DNA from: a virus
Taxonomy: Duplodnaviria; Caudoviricetes
Strand: one strand, 5' to 3'
Length of the DNA: 64,000 nucleotides
Virus record (IMG/VR): IMGVR_UViG_2845860650_000005
Span: 55,422-119,421 of that record
Position numbers and translations under genes: made by a program
Shown here: positions 28,794-40,428 of the stretch, piece by piece
Position numbering within the stretch: position 1 is the stretch's first letter
How the letters are laid out: each line of letters starts with the position of its first letter
The notes under the pieces: model-generated
What the model was told of the DNA's origin: nothing
Seen by the model: the letters and a program-made list of their open reading frames with translations, nothing else
Databases searched by the model: none

Positions 28794-30531
28794 ATGGTAG
28801 TGAATCCAGGACTAAAATTTTATATTGACAATCGTCTTTTAATAGTCAAAAAGCACTATTGTAGGAACTGGGGTGATGTAGATTTTTGGGAGTGCCAAAG
28901 ACAAGATGACCAAAGAATAAGTATTCTTCGGACATCTACTATTGAACATTTCTTAAACAATCCATCATCAGATTTATCAGTAGAATTAGACAAATGTCCG
29001 AAACTCAAAACTATGAACCCAAACTGAAAGAAGCCCTAGCCAAAATGGAGGCGATTGCCAAGGAATACGAACTGGGTTTTGTGATTGCTTTAGCTAGTGC
29101 GACCCATTCAGAATTCAAAACAGAATTCCCCGAATGGTCATTAATCCAGCGTACTGAACAGGGGATTCGTTTGCGACTGCGTTCTAGCGAACCAAAGCTA
29201 ACTGAGGACAGTGTTTCAGTGCTGTTAGGACTGCGAGATATGTCGGGGATGATGTGCGAAAATTTGTCGATGGTTGTGGATGAAGCCAAAAAACACATAC
29301 AAATCCAGCACAACCGCATTACTGACGATGATGCTATCAGGAATTGGAAACCCAGAAATAAACGCGATCGCAGGAGGTAGCATGAACCAAGATATAAATT
29401 TTGTAGAGCAAATCACCCAAGAAAAATTTGATTTTTACGAACAGGCGATCGCAAAATATGGACAAGATGTATTGCATATTCAAATTGCTGCTAAACCTAA
29501 ATTTCGACCACTGCCTTGTTCTTTAGAGGAAGACATGGTAACGCCTCTCGTTCCACAAATACGAACTTGTCAATTAAGATTGCGACTTGCACAAATTACA
29601 AAAGGGCGTAATTGCTGGTGGCAGTATATTAACGAAGGGGAAATTTAAATGTCATTCTCAGTAAATGAAATCTGTATTCCAAACTGCTTAACTCTAGAAC
29701 AGTTACAATACGCCATCAAACAACTACCAAACCCTGAAGACACAACATTGAAAGTTGGTGACGAGTGTATTGCTCAGCTACCCAAAAAATTCAAGAGTCG
29801 GATTAAACTAGGAGAGAAAATACCTACAGAGATGGAAATAGTAAAATACAAATTTACTTTACGAAGTTACAGTTATAAAAATGAAGAACAGGTTATTTGT
29901 AATAAAAAGGTTTGGGTGTTTTTGGGAGATATCATTGTTGAGGTAGAATAAATATGCATAAATCGACTTTTTGGAACCAGAACATTGACGAAATACAAAA
30001 GATTTTTGATGAAGAAACCGAAGCCATAATTTCTGAAGATGAACTCAACAAAGTTGGCGATCGCTTCTATGCCCAAGGATACAGACTCATCAAAATTTCT
30101 GATTTGCAGCAGCAGATGATGACAGCATCTTTAGAACCGTGTCCCGACACATTGGCTGATAAAATTGAACCCCTAGCCAATACAGCGATCGCCATTCTTA
30201 GAGAAAATCTAGGAGGTTCCAAACCATCTTCTGCCGACAAAACTCACCTTGCTTTAGAAGTATTGAAAATTATTTTTTCCAGTAAAGGATAATGGTAAAT
30301 TTACTCAGTTACACAATTCCAGTTAAACCCCCTATTTCTCAAAAACAATTGAGTTTAACTATTCAAGAACAAGCTCTAGAAAAAGCTTTTCATGATGGAT
30401 TGATTGCAGAGCATGAATATTTGGTAGGCTTGCGTATAATTCGCAATTCAGACAAAATTTTAGAATGGGCTAGGCATCAGGTTGCACAAATTAGCAGGCT
30501 ACCAAAAGTTAAGTTACTAATCAACAAATAA
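28794..30531 (+). CDS. run of six tightly packed hypothetical genes (28794-29027, 28994-29380, 29382-29648, 29649-29951, 29954-30292, 30292-30531)
   Basis: abutting/overlapping ORFs with RBSs. Confidence 0.6.
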
Positions 30532-30532
30532 C

Positions 30533-30847
30533 TTAACTATTACAATAGTTCACTAACTTTTTAACCAAACTCAATACTAGATATCCTTCATTTACACTCA
30601 GATTTCTAGGTGATTCCCCAATAATTCTACTTACAAAACTACAACGCCACTCAAATGAAATTTCTGAAATTATGCTGTATGAAAGCCAGAAATCATAAAG
30701 ATTAGCTATTTTTTCAACGACCATATCCTGACTTCTAAATATAGACAATGAGGCATTAATACCTACTATTGCAGGATACGATAACTGATATTTTTTAACC
30801 ATGTATTCATAAACTTCAAAAAACATTTCTACGTAGATATCGTTCAT
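30533..30847 (-). CDS. hypothetical protein
   Basis: 104 aa, AT-rich. Confidence 0.5.
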   Translation of the reverse strand: MNDIYVEMFFEVYEYMVKKYQLSYPAIVGINASLSIFRSQDMVVEKIANLYDFWLSYSIISEISFEWRCSFVSRIIGESPRNLSVNEGYLVLSLVKKLVNYCNS

Positions 30848-31383
30848 GCGATCGCGCTTAATTACCTGGTTTACATTTTTTGTTATAATTCTCTATCTTT
30901 TGACAAATATAGGCGATTGCGGAAGAAGAAATTTGGAATCCGTATTTTTTTCTTTTTTGATTAATTACTTCAGTTATCCGCCAGATTGCGTGTTGAACTT
31001 TTAATGTGTTACCAACATAATATGTAAAAATTGCATCTTTAACACAAGTTTGAGGAACATCTACAGGAAAACTTAGTTTTATCCAGGGGGAATAATTTAA
31101 ACCCCAGCTAATCGGCAAAACTCCTTGGCATTCCTGTAGACAATTAGGGGTTTGCCAAAAAAAATGTTACGCCTTTTGTATAATTTACAGGATAAGAGCA
31201 TTCTGAAAGGTTTAATATTGTTTTGCCCTTGGATATATGAATAGTAGTATTAAATAAAGTGTAGCTCATACAATATTCTCCTGATTTTGATTAATAGCAA
31301 ATGTATCTAATATTTTAGAATACGCTAGGCAAAAGATATCTCGTACTCAATCCGTTGTAGTCTGTATATGGGGGACTACGACG

Positions 31384-32037
31384 ATGAAAATAAACCGACA
31401 TGGAAAAGCTAAGGTGCTGACACAGCAAGAGATACAACTAATCTTCAGTCGCGGGCTAGACAACGGACGAGATCGCACAATATTTGGCATCTGTCTATTT
31501 AGCGCTGCCAGAATCCGCGAGGCTTGTACTTTGCTGACTTCAGATATCTACACATCTAAAGGACAAGTCAGATCGCACTTTATCATCAGGAAATCAAACA
31601 CCAAAGGAAAGCTGGCAACCCGCTCTATACCAGTAATCGAAGACCTCCGGCGATTGCTCATTAAATACCAACCCTTGGCAGGGGATAACTATCTATTCCC
31701 CGGACGCAGCAATGGGCATATCAGCCACGATTCAGCCGCCCGCATATTGAGAACTGCCTGCCAGCAAGTGGGTATTGAAGGAGCCAGCACCCACAGTTTT
31801 CGCCGCACTGCCCTGACCCAAATGAGCAATGCTGGTGTTCCTTTGCGGGTAATTCAGGAAATTAGCGGACACCGCAGTTTGGAGCAGTTGCAACGTTACT
31901 TAGAAATAACCGAAGAACAAGTGCTGGGGGCAGCTTCATCTCTATCTTTACTTTCCCCAGTAGAAGAAAATGTCGGGAAATGCATGTTTGACGACATTGG
32001 CAAAGAAGTTACTCACCACAGGCAAACTCAATTATAA
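31384..32037 (+). CDS. small tyrosine recombinase/resolvase (catalytic domain only)
   Basis: ARIREA, NTKGK, HSFRRT, SGH..L..LQRY. Confidence 0.92.
   Translation: MKINRHGKAKVLTQQEIQLIFSRGLDNGRDRTIFGICLFSAARIREACTLLTSDIYTSKGQVRSHFIIRKSNTKGKLATRSIPVIEDLRRLLIKYQPLAGDNYLFPGRSNGHISHDSAARILRTACQQVGIEGASTHSFRRTALTQMSNAGVPLRVIQEISGHRSLEQLQRYLEITEEQVLGAASSLSLLSPVEENVGKCMFDDIGKEVTHHRQTQL
31969..31998. promoter_or_regulatory. candidate loxP/dif-like recombination site
   Basis: AATGTCGGGAAA-TGCATG-TTTGACGACATT: 12-bp arms (10/12 match) with 6-bp spacer. Confidence 0.5.
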
Positions 32038-32086
32038 AGGGGCGATCGCCTGAAGAAGGCAGAAAGTTTTCTTCGGAAGGGGGATT

Positions 32087-32794
32087 TCAATAATGACTAT
32101 TGTAAGACCGAATAAATCTTCGCTTGCTTTCTAAATCGTCATAATATTCTATATCACAAGTATCGTTCCCCCATCCAACAATGCAAGTAACAACTACTCC
32201 AGGATATCTTCCTGGGATGTATTCATAAGGTTCGTGCCCTATTGATTCAACCTTTTTAAGCTTTAACTTCGTCCAAGCTTGGGAAGCATTAATTCTCTGG
32301 GTATTACTTAAGTCCGGATCTAAATACATACGTTGAATATTCATTCTGTATGTATTCCCGTTGTTGGTTCTAAAAATAACTGAAGCTATAAAATCGTATA
32401 ATCCTTCAACAACTCCCTCACTAATACCGTAGGCAGCAATTGTATGACTGAGAGCTTTTCGTCCTAGCCGATTAATCCGAACTTTATCTTGTGGTTTTAA
32501 CATATATAAATAAGTACTATTGAGTGCAATTATTAAATCTTTGACTGCTTGCTGTGTTTCAGCCTTAATTAATAATTTACCACCATCACAAGCGACCCAA
32601 ACTACATTTGATAAATTTTCTAAAACTGTGTAATTAGGTGGGCAAGGAGAAACCAAATAAGTATTATCTCCGAGTGATTTAAAAGTATAATCTTTGCCTT
32701 TATTAAGCTCTAGTAACTGCTTCTCAATTTTGCGGGACAAGCGAAGCATTGCTAAAAAAGCAAAGCCAAAAGTGATTACCCAAAGAAAATTCAT
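32087..32794 (-). CDS. hypothetical protein with N-terminal TM
   Basis: 235 aa. Confidence 0.6.
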   Translation of the reverse strand: MNFLWVITFGFAFLAMLRLSRKIEKQLLELNKGKDYTFKSLGDNTYLVSPCPPNYTVLENLSNVVWVACDGGKLLIKAETQQAVKDLIIALNSTYLYMLKPQDKVRINRLGRKALSHTIAAYGISEGVVEGLYDFIASVIFRTNNGNTYRMNIQRMYLDPDLSNTQRINASQAWTKLKLKKVESIGHEPYEYIPGRYPGVVVTCIVGWGNDTCDIEYYDDLESKRRFIRSYNSHY

Positions 32795-33186
32795 GTCGCC
32801 TGACTTTTTTGTATTAATTTAATTCTTTTATTTTTTTGGATATCTAAAGCACTAGAGATAGAAACAACTTCATTTAGATTTTTGTACAACTCCACATCGG
32901 CAGCTAATAAATTACGCTTGTAGCAAATTGCTGCTAAGATACCTCGTGTAATTTTATCTTTTTCTTCACCTGTTAACACTCGATAATTTTCTTGGAGAAT
33001 TGGAAACATAAGAGATTCAACAAATAAATTATATCCGGGATTATTCTCAGGGACATAACAAAGCATTTGAATTGATTCTTTATCAACTACAACAACAAAA
33101 AAATAACGTAATGAAGCGTTATAGGGTTGCGACTCTAAAATATCGCCTGTTGCAATATTCATTTCTTCAAAATTAGCCCAAGCCAT
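32791..33186 (-). CDS. hypothetical protein
   Basis: 131 aa, ATGA overlap. Confidence 0.6.
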   Translation of the reverse strand: MAWANFEEMNIATGDILESQPYNASLRYFFVVVVDKESIQMLCYVPENNPGYNLFVESLMFPILQENYRVLTGEEKDKITRGILAAICYKRNLLAADVELYKNLNEVVSISSALDIQKNKRIKLIQKSQAT

Positions 33187-33188
33187 AT

Positions 33189-33304
33189 TAATTCGTAATT
33201 CGTAATTTTTAATTCGTAATTGTAATCAGTAAACCATTATCACTGATTATAAACTCGTATTTGCCTTTTTTAATTACGAATTACGACTTATGAATTACGA
33301 ATTA
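33189..33304. repeat. empty STRR inverted-repeat cassette between TerL stop and next start
   Basis: (AATTCGT)n...(ACGAATT)n with internal TAATCAGT/ACTGATTA hairpin. Confidence 0.8.
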
Positions 33305-34825
33305 TAATTGGCTCATCCAATCATAGCTACTGGCATCATCCACATCTTCAGCGAAACTATACGCGAGCGCATCGCCTCTGTCGGTACTGCGTCCCAATCT
33401 CTTAATAATATCCTCCTTACTTTCTACTCGAATTTCACCAAACTTATTTCTAGAACCAGTGCGACTCCATCTGGGGGCAGTAAGGTCAGCTATTAATTTG
33501 GGGTCGTTGGGCAGCGCCACATCGTACCCATTGGCAGGGTCGAGCAATTCTCTTAAGTGCCACCACCAACGAGAACGTAAATTGAAAAACTTTAGTAACC
33601 CACTTTTATCTAAAGCTTCTGTAGCTCCTCCACCATTTAACCCAAACACCAATTTAGTGCCGCGCCGATTTAGGGCATCCACCACTGCATAACCGACACC
33701 CAAAGTATCTACTCGAATCTCTACTTTGTTAGTTTTACGAACAACTTCGATTTGGTCTGCCAAGGAGTCACCATCTGGTGTTTCTTTGCCTGGAAAAGCA
33801 ATTATGGGCCCAATCCAATAATGATGCCGAGAAATTATCACGCTCTCGTCGCGTCCACCTCTTGCCACGTCTACACCCAAATGCGACTGTGGTGCATTTG
33901 GCGTCGGCGTCCAGCGTTTGACAGCGGCATCCACCCAGGCGCTCGGTATAACTTGCCAAGGATGGTCAATCTTAGCGACTGTGGTAAAGTCTCCTCTTAG
34001 TAATTGCGATCGCAGTGGTTCCGGTAACCGTTGCAATACCGACCTATAGTTAGAATTTCTCAAGTAAGCATTATCTTCTAACCGAGATGGAATAAAGGTA
34101 CGGCTTCGCGGTTGAATCATTTCCCCTTCGTGTTCAAATGGTTCGCCTGATGGGACTTCTTTCTCCTCATCCCCCACCATTGCGTACCATCTGATTTCGC
34201 CTGGAGCAGCTGGGTTTGGATGCTCTGGGTTTAGCCAAGCTGCCCAGTACTCTTTAATCCACATTGATTCTTCAGAACTGGGAGGATTACAAGTAGCGAC
34301 CACCCGACACCGAACCGATGGGTCTGAAGAACGGTTCCAGGTTATTAAGAACTCGTACTGTTTCTTAGAAAATTCTCCAAGTTCGTCAAAAGCTTTGAGG
34401 TCGTGTTCTACCCCCCGATAGGCTTCTACGCTGTCCTCGTGTTGTACCGCACCAAATTCTAAGGTGCGATCGCCTGGGATACCACGCCAGATTTTATCGT
34501 TACTGTTATACCGAGCGATCGCGCCTAGAAGTCTGCGTGACTTTTCGATTATGTCCTTGAGTCGGGGATATTCGCGGCGGAAGATAATAGCCCGTTTGTG
34601 GGCAGATGTTCCCAACATTAGCAAGAGGGCCGTTTTACCCCCACCATAGGCATCCCCCTAAAAACCAGCGGCCCCGCCAAAGAGTAACTCATCTGCCGGG
34701 GATAAAAAAGCCTCAGTCTGCGGCCCGTCTTGGGGTTTCCATAACTGATCTAGCAATACCTTGGAAGCCCCTTGCACCTGTCGCGTTGTCCTGTCTAATG
34801 ATTTACGTAAAGAGGATAACTTCAT
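33302..34825 (-). pseudogene. terminase large subunit, interrupted by an in-frame 21-nt insertion containing TAG in Walker A
   Basis: ATG 34825...WKPQDGPQ..F....DELLFGGAAG[F*GDAYG]GGKT; Walker B AFDE; TCNPP; nuclease GVDVARGGRD, STDRGDA. Confidence 0.85.
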
Positions 34826-34841
34826 TACTATTAACTAACTA

Positions 34842-35753
34842 CTAATTGCCAATTCTAAACGATTGCAAGCAATTATCGCATTGCAGTAGATTTTTGTTTT
34901 TACCACTTCTCGCTGCTTGATAAACTTCACTACTATCACAAAACACACAAATATGTTTTGATTTAGTTCGCTCAACATTAATTGAAAATTGGCTTAAACA
35001 ATCTTTACACCTGTGTCCCGAACCATATCTAATAGTATTAATACTTTTGCAAATCTTACAATTTGGACTTAAAAAGATTTTTGGCTTAATTCTTTTACCC
35101 CATCTGCCATTATTCCCAGTGGTTGCTGCATAACTGGGTATATTCAATTGAACTCTTTTGTTACTAATAACAGTTTTTGAAACCCCCGCTTGTTTCACCA
35201 AAGCATAATCAGGCATTTTCCCTAGCTGTTCAATAATAGTTTCAGAAAGTTCAATTTTGTTCCATCCACCCATTGCAGGAACAACAAAATTTGTTTGCAA
35301 GCATCTAGGAATTTTTAACTTTTCTCTCTTGTACTCTACTGATTTGCGATCGCACCCTAGTAATTCGGCAATATATGTATCTGTTTGTTTACCTAATAAA
35401 TTAATAGTCTCAGGCGTCCATACAACTCTTTTATTAGTCCCGTGGCCACCAAATACAGCAGACCCTTTGTTAGTAAGAGTATTTGTTATTGAGTAGAACT
35501 GTTGCCAAGCTTCTTCCTTTGCGATCGCCTCCTCTCTAGTTGCGTTCGTCACCAATTCAACCTCCCTGATTTGGGGTCTGACTCCTACAGCAAGCATCTG
35601 AGCTATGTATTTACCTTTTTCTGTTCTCTGCTTCTTCCCATCTCTAATGTGAGTATGCAACCTTCTATTAAGAGACATGGTTGTACGACCAACATAGAAA
35701 ATACTTCCATCTCTAGGGTCAGCCAAGACATAAATATATGTGGTAGTATTCAT
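34842..35753 (-). CDS. free-standing GIY-YIG endonuclease with two HTH repeats and C-terminal zinc ribbons
   Basis: YIYVL...FYVGRT...RRL..H...E...TN; LG..(T/P)D repeats; four CxxC. Confidence 0.85.
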   Translation of the reverse strand: MNTTTYIYVLADPRDGSIFYVGRTTMSLNRRLHTHIRDGKKQRTEKGKYIAQMLAVGVRPQIREVELVTNATREEAIAKEEAWQQFYSITNTLTNKGSAVFGGHGTNKRVVWTPETINLLGKQTDTYIAELLGCDRKSVEYKREKLKIPRCLQTNFVVPAMGGWNKIELSETIIEQLGKMPDYALVKQAGVSKTVISNKRVQLNIPSYAATTGNNGRWGKRIKPKIFLSPNCKICKSINTIRYGSGHRCKDCLSQFSINVERTKSKHICVFCDSSEVYQAARSGKNKNLLQCDNCLQSFRIGN

Positions 35754-35796
35754 TTGAGTAACATCTGACGCTATCGGTTACTCTGCAACGTGTTAA

Positions 35797-35833
35797 TAGC
35801 CTCTGTTCGTAGCAGAGGCTTGTTGCATTATAA
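35797..35833 (-). promoter_or_regulatory. TATAAT box followed by GCCTCTG-CTACGAA-CAGAGGC hairpin ahead of GIY-YIG/TerL
   Basis: minus-strand TATAATGCAACAAGCCTCTGCTACGAACAGAGGC. Confidence 0.45.
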
Positions 35834-35865
35834 TCATTTTACCATTAAATAAATCCCTAATTAAT

Positions 35866-36276
35866 ATGAATTATTCTCTGTTCGATGTTCTAGACATTAT
35901 AAATTTTGAGTCAGGAAATATAAAATATCATCAAATCAAAAACCAACAATTCAAAAATGAAATATGGGAGTCTTCAAAGTTGATTAAATTATGGTGGTTT
36001 ATGTGGAGACTCAGCCCTAAAGCTGATATGGTAGAGTTTATATTTTCAAAATTATTTGGGGAACATATTTCAATCGGTAATTTAACTATCTTTGGATGCA
36101 ATGCAATGATGTTCGCTTTTCAGTTGCGTACTAAAAAAGGTATTTGGTTATTTCAACCACCATGCTTTAACCTTTATCATCATAAATTTACCTGGGGAAT
36201 ATTATATTTATCCCCTAACGGAACATCGAGACATCCAATGGCAAAAATCTATTATGGTAGAAAGCGATCGCCATGA
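35866..36276 (+). CDS. hypothetical protein
   Basis: 136 aa. Confidence 0.55.
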   Translation: MNYSLFDVLDIINFESGNIKYHQIKNQQFKNEIWESSKLIKLWWFMWRLSPKADMVEFIFSKLFGEHISIGNLTIFGCNAMMFAFQLRTKKGIWLFQPPCFNLYHHKFTWGILYLSPNGTSRHPMAKIYYGRKRSP

Positions 36277-36640
36277 AGCTGCTAAAAATCAACCCCAATC
36301 AACGTTGGTATTTTGCAATATTTTGGCAACCAAACTTTAAAATTAGGGCAATCAGATTTATTGACTATTACTGTCACAATTATTTACAAATTGGATGATT
36401 AGAGTTTGGTTTTATGTAAAGATGTGGAAAAATCCATGACATTCCATCTTAACGCGATCGCATCTACAATTAATATTTATAGAAACCGCGATGTCTACGC
36501 GCTCTTACACTAAATATGAATCAATCTATAGAGCTATTATCGAAATTTAATGAGATTCACTCAAATCAAGCGAATATAGTGTGAATGCCATCAAAGGTTT
36601 CATAATATTAAGAAAAGTCCAAAAGTTGAGGGAAGTAAAA

Positions 36641-38979
36641 ATGTCAATCAGGCAGCGCCGAAGAAACCGCCATAAACTAAAACTAATAAACAAACCAAAA
36701 CTAGAACCAAATCCAATACTAATTAATTTTACTATTGATACTACTAAAGTAACATCCGCTATGTCTAGCGCCAGTAAGGCGATCGCTATTAGATTTGCTA
36801 TTAATGCCTCTAAAGCAAAAGCCACTGAATATGAAGAACGAATGAAAAAGCTTGCTGATGGCATTGTTTTGAGAAAACATCATGCATTAGTTGATACCAG
36901 TTATTTGCATCCTCGATTTAATCCCAACAATTGTAATTTCTTAGAGAAACATCCCGATACCTAACGGATAGCTAGGATACAACTATGAATATTGACCAAA
37001 TCAGAGATATGATGCTACTTTTACACCGTGAAGATTTTAAAGTCACGGATTGGGTAAAAGTAATTGATTCTGATTCTAAGAGATATTTATGTGTTGGTGA
37101 GGTGATTGAATGCTCTGATGGACATTTCAAAGTTGATTTTAAAGACGGTGAAAAAGAATGGTTCAAATATAATAAAATATCTAGAACCTACGAACCACCA
37201 GAAGATAAGTATGAGGATGAAGGTACTGTTAATTGGTGGCCAGTCAAAAAAGAGTAGTAATTTTGAGGTTTAGTAAATGGCGACTGAAGTGTTAAATATA
37301 CCAGAAGAATATTTAGAGCAAGTAATACTAGTTATCCGTAGGGGTATACAGAAAAGTGAAGAATGTGGAGGAGTGCAGCAGGAAGTAATTGAGCAATTAA
37401 AAAAATGGTGTGATGAGGAGGAAGCTTATTTACAAGAAGAAGGCTAAAACATGAATTTGAAAGTTTTTAAATTTGATTGCTACCCCAATGCAATTAACTG
37501 GTTAAATGAAAATAGTGGCGTAGCAGTTCGCGGTGAAGATATGCCACCTAGCTCTTTTGGGGGTCGCGTTTCATTACATTTATTATTTTCAAATTTAATG
37601 AGCCAAGGAGATAAGTTAAAAATATTAGAATTCTTCCCCCAATCTCAAGACTGCAACCAAATACGGGAAAAACTTGGATATCCACCGCTTGAATATCCTC
37701 ACGCAAACTATTTAATTCATGGGTATACCCGTAATCAAATAGTTGAGATTTTAAAAAAGAACTTTGGTGCGATCGCGGTTAAATCTCCCTGCTGTATGGA
37801 GACTGTAGATAATGAAGAAGTGTTTTCCAGGTTGAAAGAATTAGAAATAAGACTTGGCGGGCCGTTAAGTCAGCAAGACCCAACAAAAATTGGCGGCCTA
37901 TATAGGAAATTGTACCAATGAGCCTAAAACCAATTCTACACACTCAAACTGGCGAAATTGTTGTTATTGAAGTCTCCCCTTTGTTTGAAATTAATCGTCA
38001 AGTTACAATTCTAGGAACTAAAAAATCGCTTGATATGGGTCTAGAATTAACTGATGAAGAATTGGTTACAAGTCTTTCTGCTTGTAGTGATGTTGGTAAA
38101 ATACTTGAAAGCAAAGGGATTAAAGTTATTTATTGAAATATGCTAAAATTTACGGCTAGTTTGCAAAATGGTGGTACGCTTTATGGGTTTGGATTAGCAG
38201 AATCTAACCTTAATAGGTTAGAGTTCAATGACGAACCAATATTTTTTGATTTTGACTATGCCGGACATCCTGAATTGTTCGGATTAATTTTATATTTTGG
38301 TCAATTTGCAACACCTGAAGAAATTTCTGCCAATCCTGATGCAGTAGACAATCGCTGTATGCCTTTTATAGACGAAAAATATGGGGTTACAGGAGAAACA
38401 TTAAGGGTATTTCCAATTGCTAAAAGCATTATGGAGACAATGAGAAATACCCATCTGTACAGTTTTGAAACGAAATGTGAAATTAGTAATCCTAACGATA
38501 TACAACTATTCTTCTCTGGGCGAACCGAGCAAGAACTCGCAGATTATTTCAGAAAAACTGGGCTTGTTACCCAAGAAACAAGGCAATACAAAGGATTTGA
38601 AAAACGAGATAATTGATGTGGTATCAAAATTATGGAAAAGCCTGTAGTTAATTTAGTTCAAGAGTCTGTATACAACATTGATGTAGACTACAAAGTTATC
38701 AACAATGCTTACAAAGCTATTAAGGACTTTTACGAAAAGTACCGAACAAATCCCGATTATTTAATAGTTGGATCTTTAGTATTCGTTTCTATCGCTCATT
38801 ATTTTATGAAAAATTATTATATGGCATTCGATGATATAACCTCTTTTGAAAACGTTCCGATGATTTTAGATCCTACTGCCAAAGTAGATAGTGCGATCGC
38901 AGTATTCGCATCTCCCAGCAAAGTATTAAAGTGCCAAGTAACTCCAGATGAAATAATAAAACCCGTAGACCAAAGCTAA
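36641..38979 (+). CDS. run of hypothetical genes (36641-36964, 36985-37257 KOW-like, 37277-37447, 37451-37921, 37918-38136, 38140-38616, 38632-38979)
   Basis: co-directional, tight packing. Confidence 0.6.
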
Positions 38980-39366
38980 ATTTCTTCAATTTGAATAGTA
39001 ACTTTGTATTTCGGGCTACTAGAAGATTCATCACTACCAACAACAAAAAACATAGAGCCATTTTCATTACGCTCCAGATTTGAAAGAACAACTAAATCAT
39101 TGCCTTGTTCATCTTTTAAAATTAAATCTGCTATTTGGTTTCTGTACTTTTTGTTGTTCATAAACTTGTAACAACGTGCAATATTTAAAGTATACTAGTT
39201 AAGTTGTTAACTGCGGCAAGACATATCTCATTGAGGAAATTTGCAGCAAAGCGATTGCGTGTCAGGTGCGATCGCTTTTTTATGACAAAATAGTAATGTA
39301 CAGCTTTTACTGTTGATTAATAAGCGACTGAAATGGGATAGAAGCAGCGTCAATTGACGCTGCTTT

Positions 39367-39735
39367 TTAATCAACTGAAGTTTCAAATAGAGCTTTCCAG
39401 AAATAAAAATCGGGACAATTGCACCAAACGGTAATAAATCCATCAAACAATTTTATTTCTGTCGGTCTAAAACCTTGAGGCAACATTTGAATTAGAACTG
39501 GAATATTTAAATCGCATTCCCAATGCTCAATTTCTTTTTTAACTTGAGCGATCGCATCTGGGTGAAACCCCTTATTGTTATTACAGCATTGAGTAATCAA
39601 ACAATCGTTGCCATCGCTTTTAGCTTTGTCAATTGATAAAGCTATATAATCCCACGCTGCTTGAACTTGGGCGTTAATATTAGGAATGCCGTAGTTTTCT
39701 TTTAATATTTGTTTTCTACGTTTAGATTCTCCCAT
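39367..39735 (-). CDS. hypothetical protein with cyanobacterial MGESKRRK N-terminus
   Basis: motif and TAATG overlap. Confidence 0.65.
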   Translation of the reverse strand: MGESKRRKQILKENYGIPNINAQVQAAWDYIALSIDKAKSDGNDCLITQCCNNNKGFHPDAIAQVKKEIEHWECDLNIPVLIQMLPQGFRPTEIKLFDGFITVWCNCPDFYFWKALFETSVD

Positions 39736-39929
39736 TATTCTTGCTCGATAATAATGTGTCCTAGCTCAATTTCTTTTTTGAGAGCCTCAAAAAGAAATTG
39801 AGTTCGCCCAGTTTCACTGGCCATATCATATCCTTCCATCCAAAAATTTGATTTGGCGTTATCTCTGGGTTGAAAAAGAATATTGCTAATCCATCCATCA
39901 TAAAAATCATTGTATCCTTTAACTTTCAT
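39735..39929 (-). CDS. small hypothetical protein
   Basis: 64 aa, overlaps both neighbours. Confidence 0.55.
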   Translation of the reverse strand: MKVKGYNDFYDGWISNILFQPRDNAKSNFWMEGYDMASETGRTQFLFEALKKEIELGHIIIEQE

Positions 39930-40417
39930 AGTTTTGGAAACTTCCTAATTTGCAAATCTTCAAGAAATTCTGACACATCGCCGCCTTTTCTATCGCATAA
40001 TTTAACTTTGTATTAGTAACTGCTACACCATCGATGTAAGGCAAGGAATTAACAACATTTTCACCCAATTGTTTCACAAATACTGGAACACTTGCATCTT
40101 GGCACTGCTTGACAAGCGATCGCACCCAGTCAATATGGTTTGAATGCAATCGACCAAGTTTACTACCGCGTTGGCGTAGCCCGCCGGAGGCATCGCACAT
40201 CCAAACGGCAATGATTCAAAAGTTGATTGCTCTTTAGGAAAGTACTTGTTTTTCATATAAGTCCAGGCATTTTTTTGCTCGGAAGTCTTTTTCTTAGCAG
40301 CACAAACAATAAGCGACCGCGATAATTTGTACCCCAAGAACGTGTTTCATATCGCTTCACTTCCATACCAATTAAAGTTGCCCAAGGTTGCCATAATGAT
40401 AGTGCTTTAATTTCCAT
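39926..40417 (-). pseudogene. fused remnants: ASCH-domain N-terminus + DUF5131 (Gp37/Gp68) C-terminus
   Basis: MEIKALSLWQPWATLI...YETRSW (frameshift) ...LPFG; then IDWVRSLVKQCQDASVPVFVKQLG and DRKGGDVSEF..DLQIRKFP in other frames. Confidence 0.75.
40168..40196. repeat. 21-nt SDR5-type element inserted in a HIP1 site
   Basis: GCG|TTGGCGTAGCCCGCCGGAGGC|ATCGC. Confidence 0.8.
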
Positions 40418-40428
40418 TTTTATCCTCA

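Noticed and set aside
31384-32037. Prophage integrase marking a boundary
   Set aside because: Lacks N-terminal arm-binding domain and phage genes continue on both sides
34625-35753. Group I intron with GIY-YIG splitting terL
   Set aside because: The TerL N-terminus is contiguous from ATG 34825; the nuclease gene is wholly upstream and the interruption is only 21 nt
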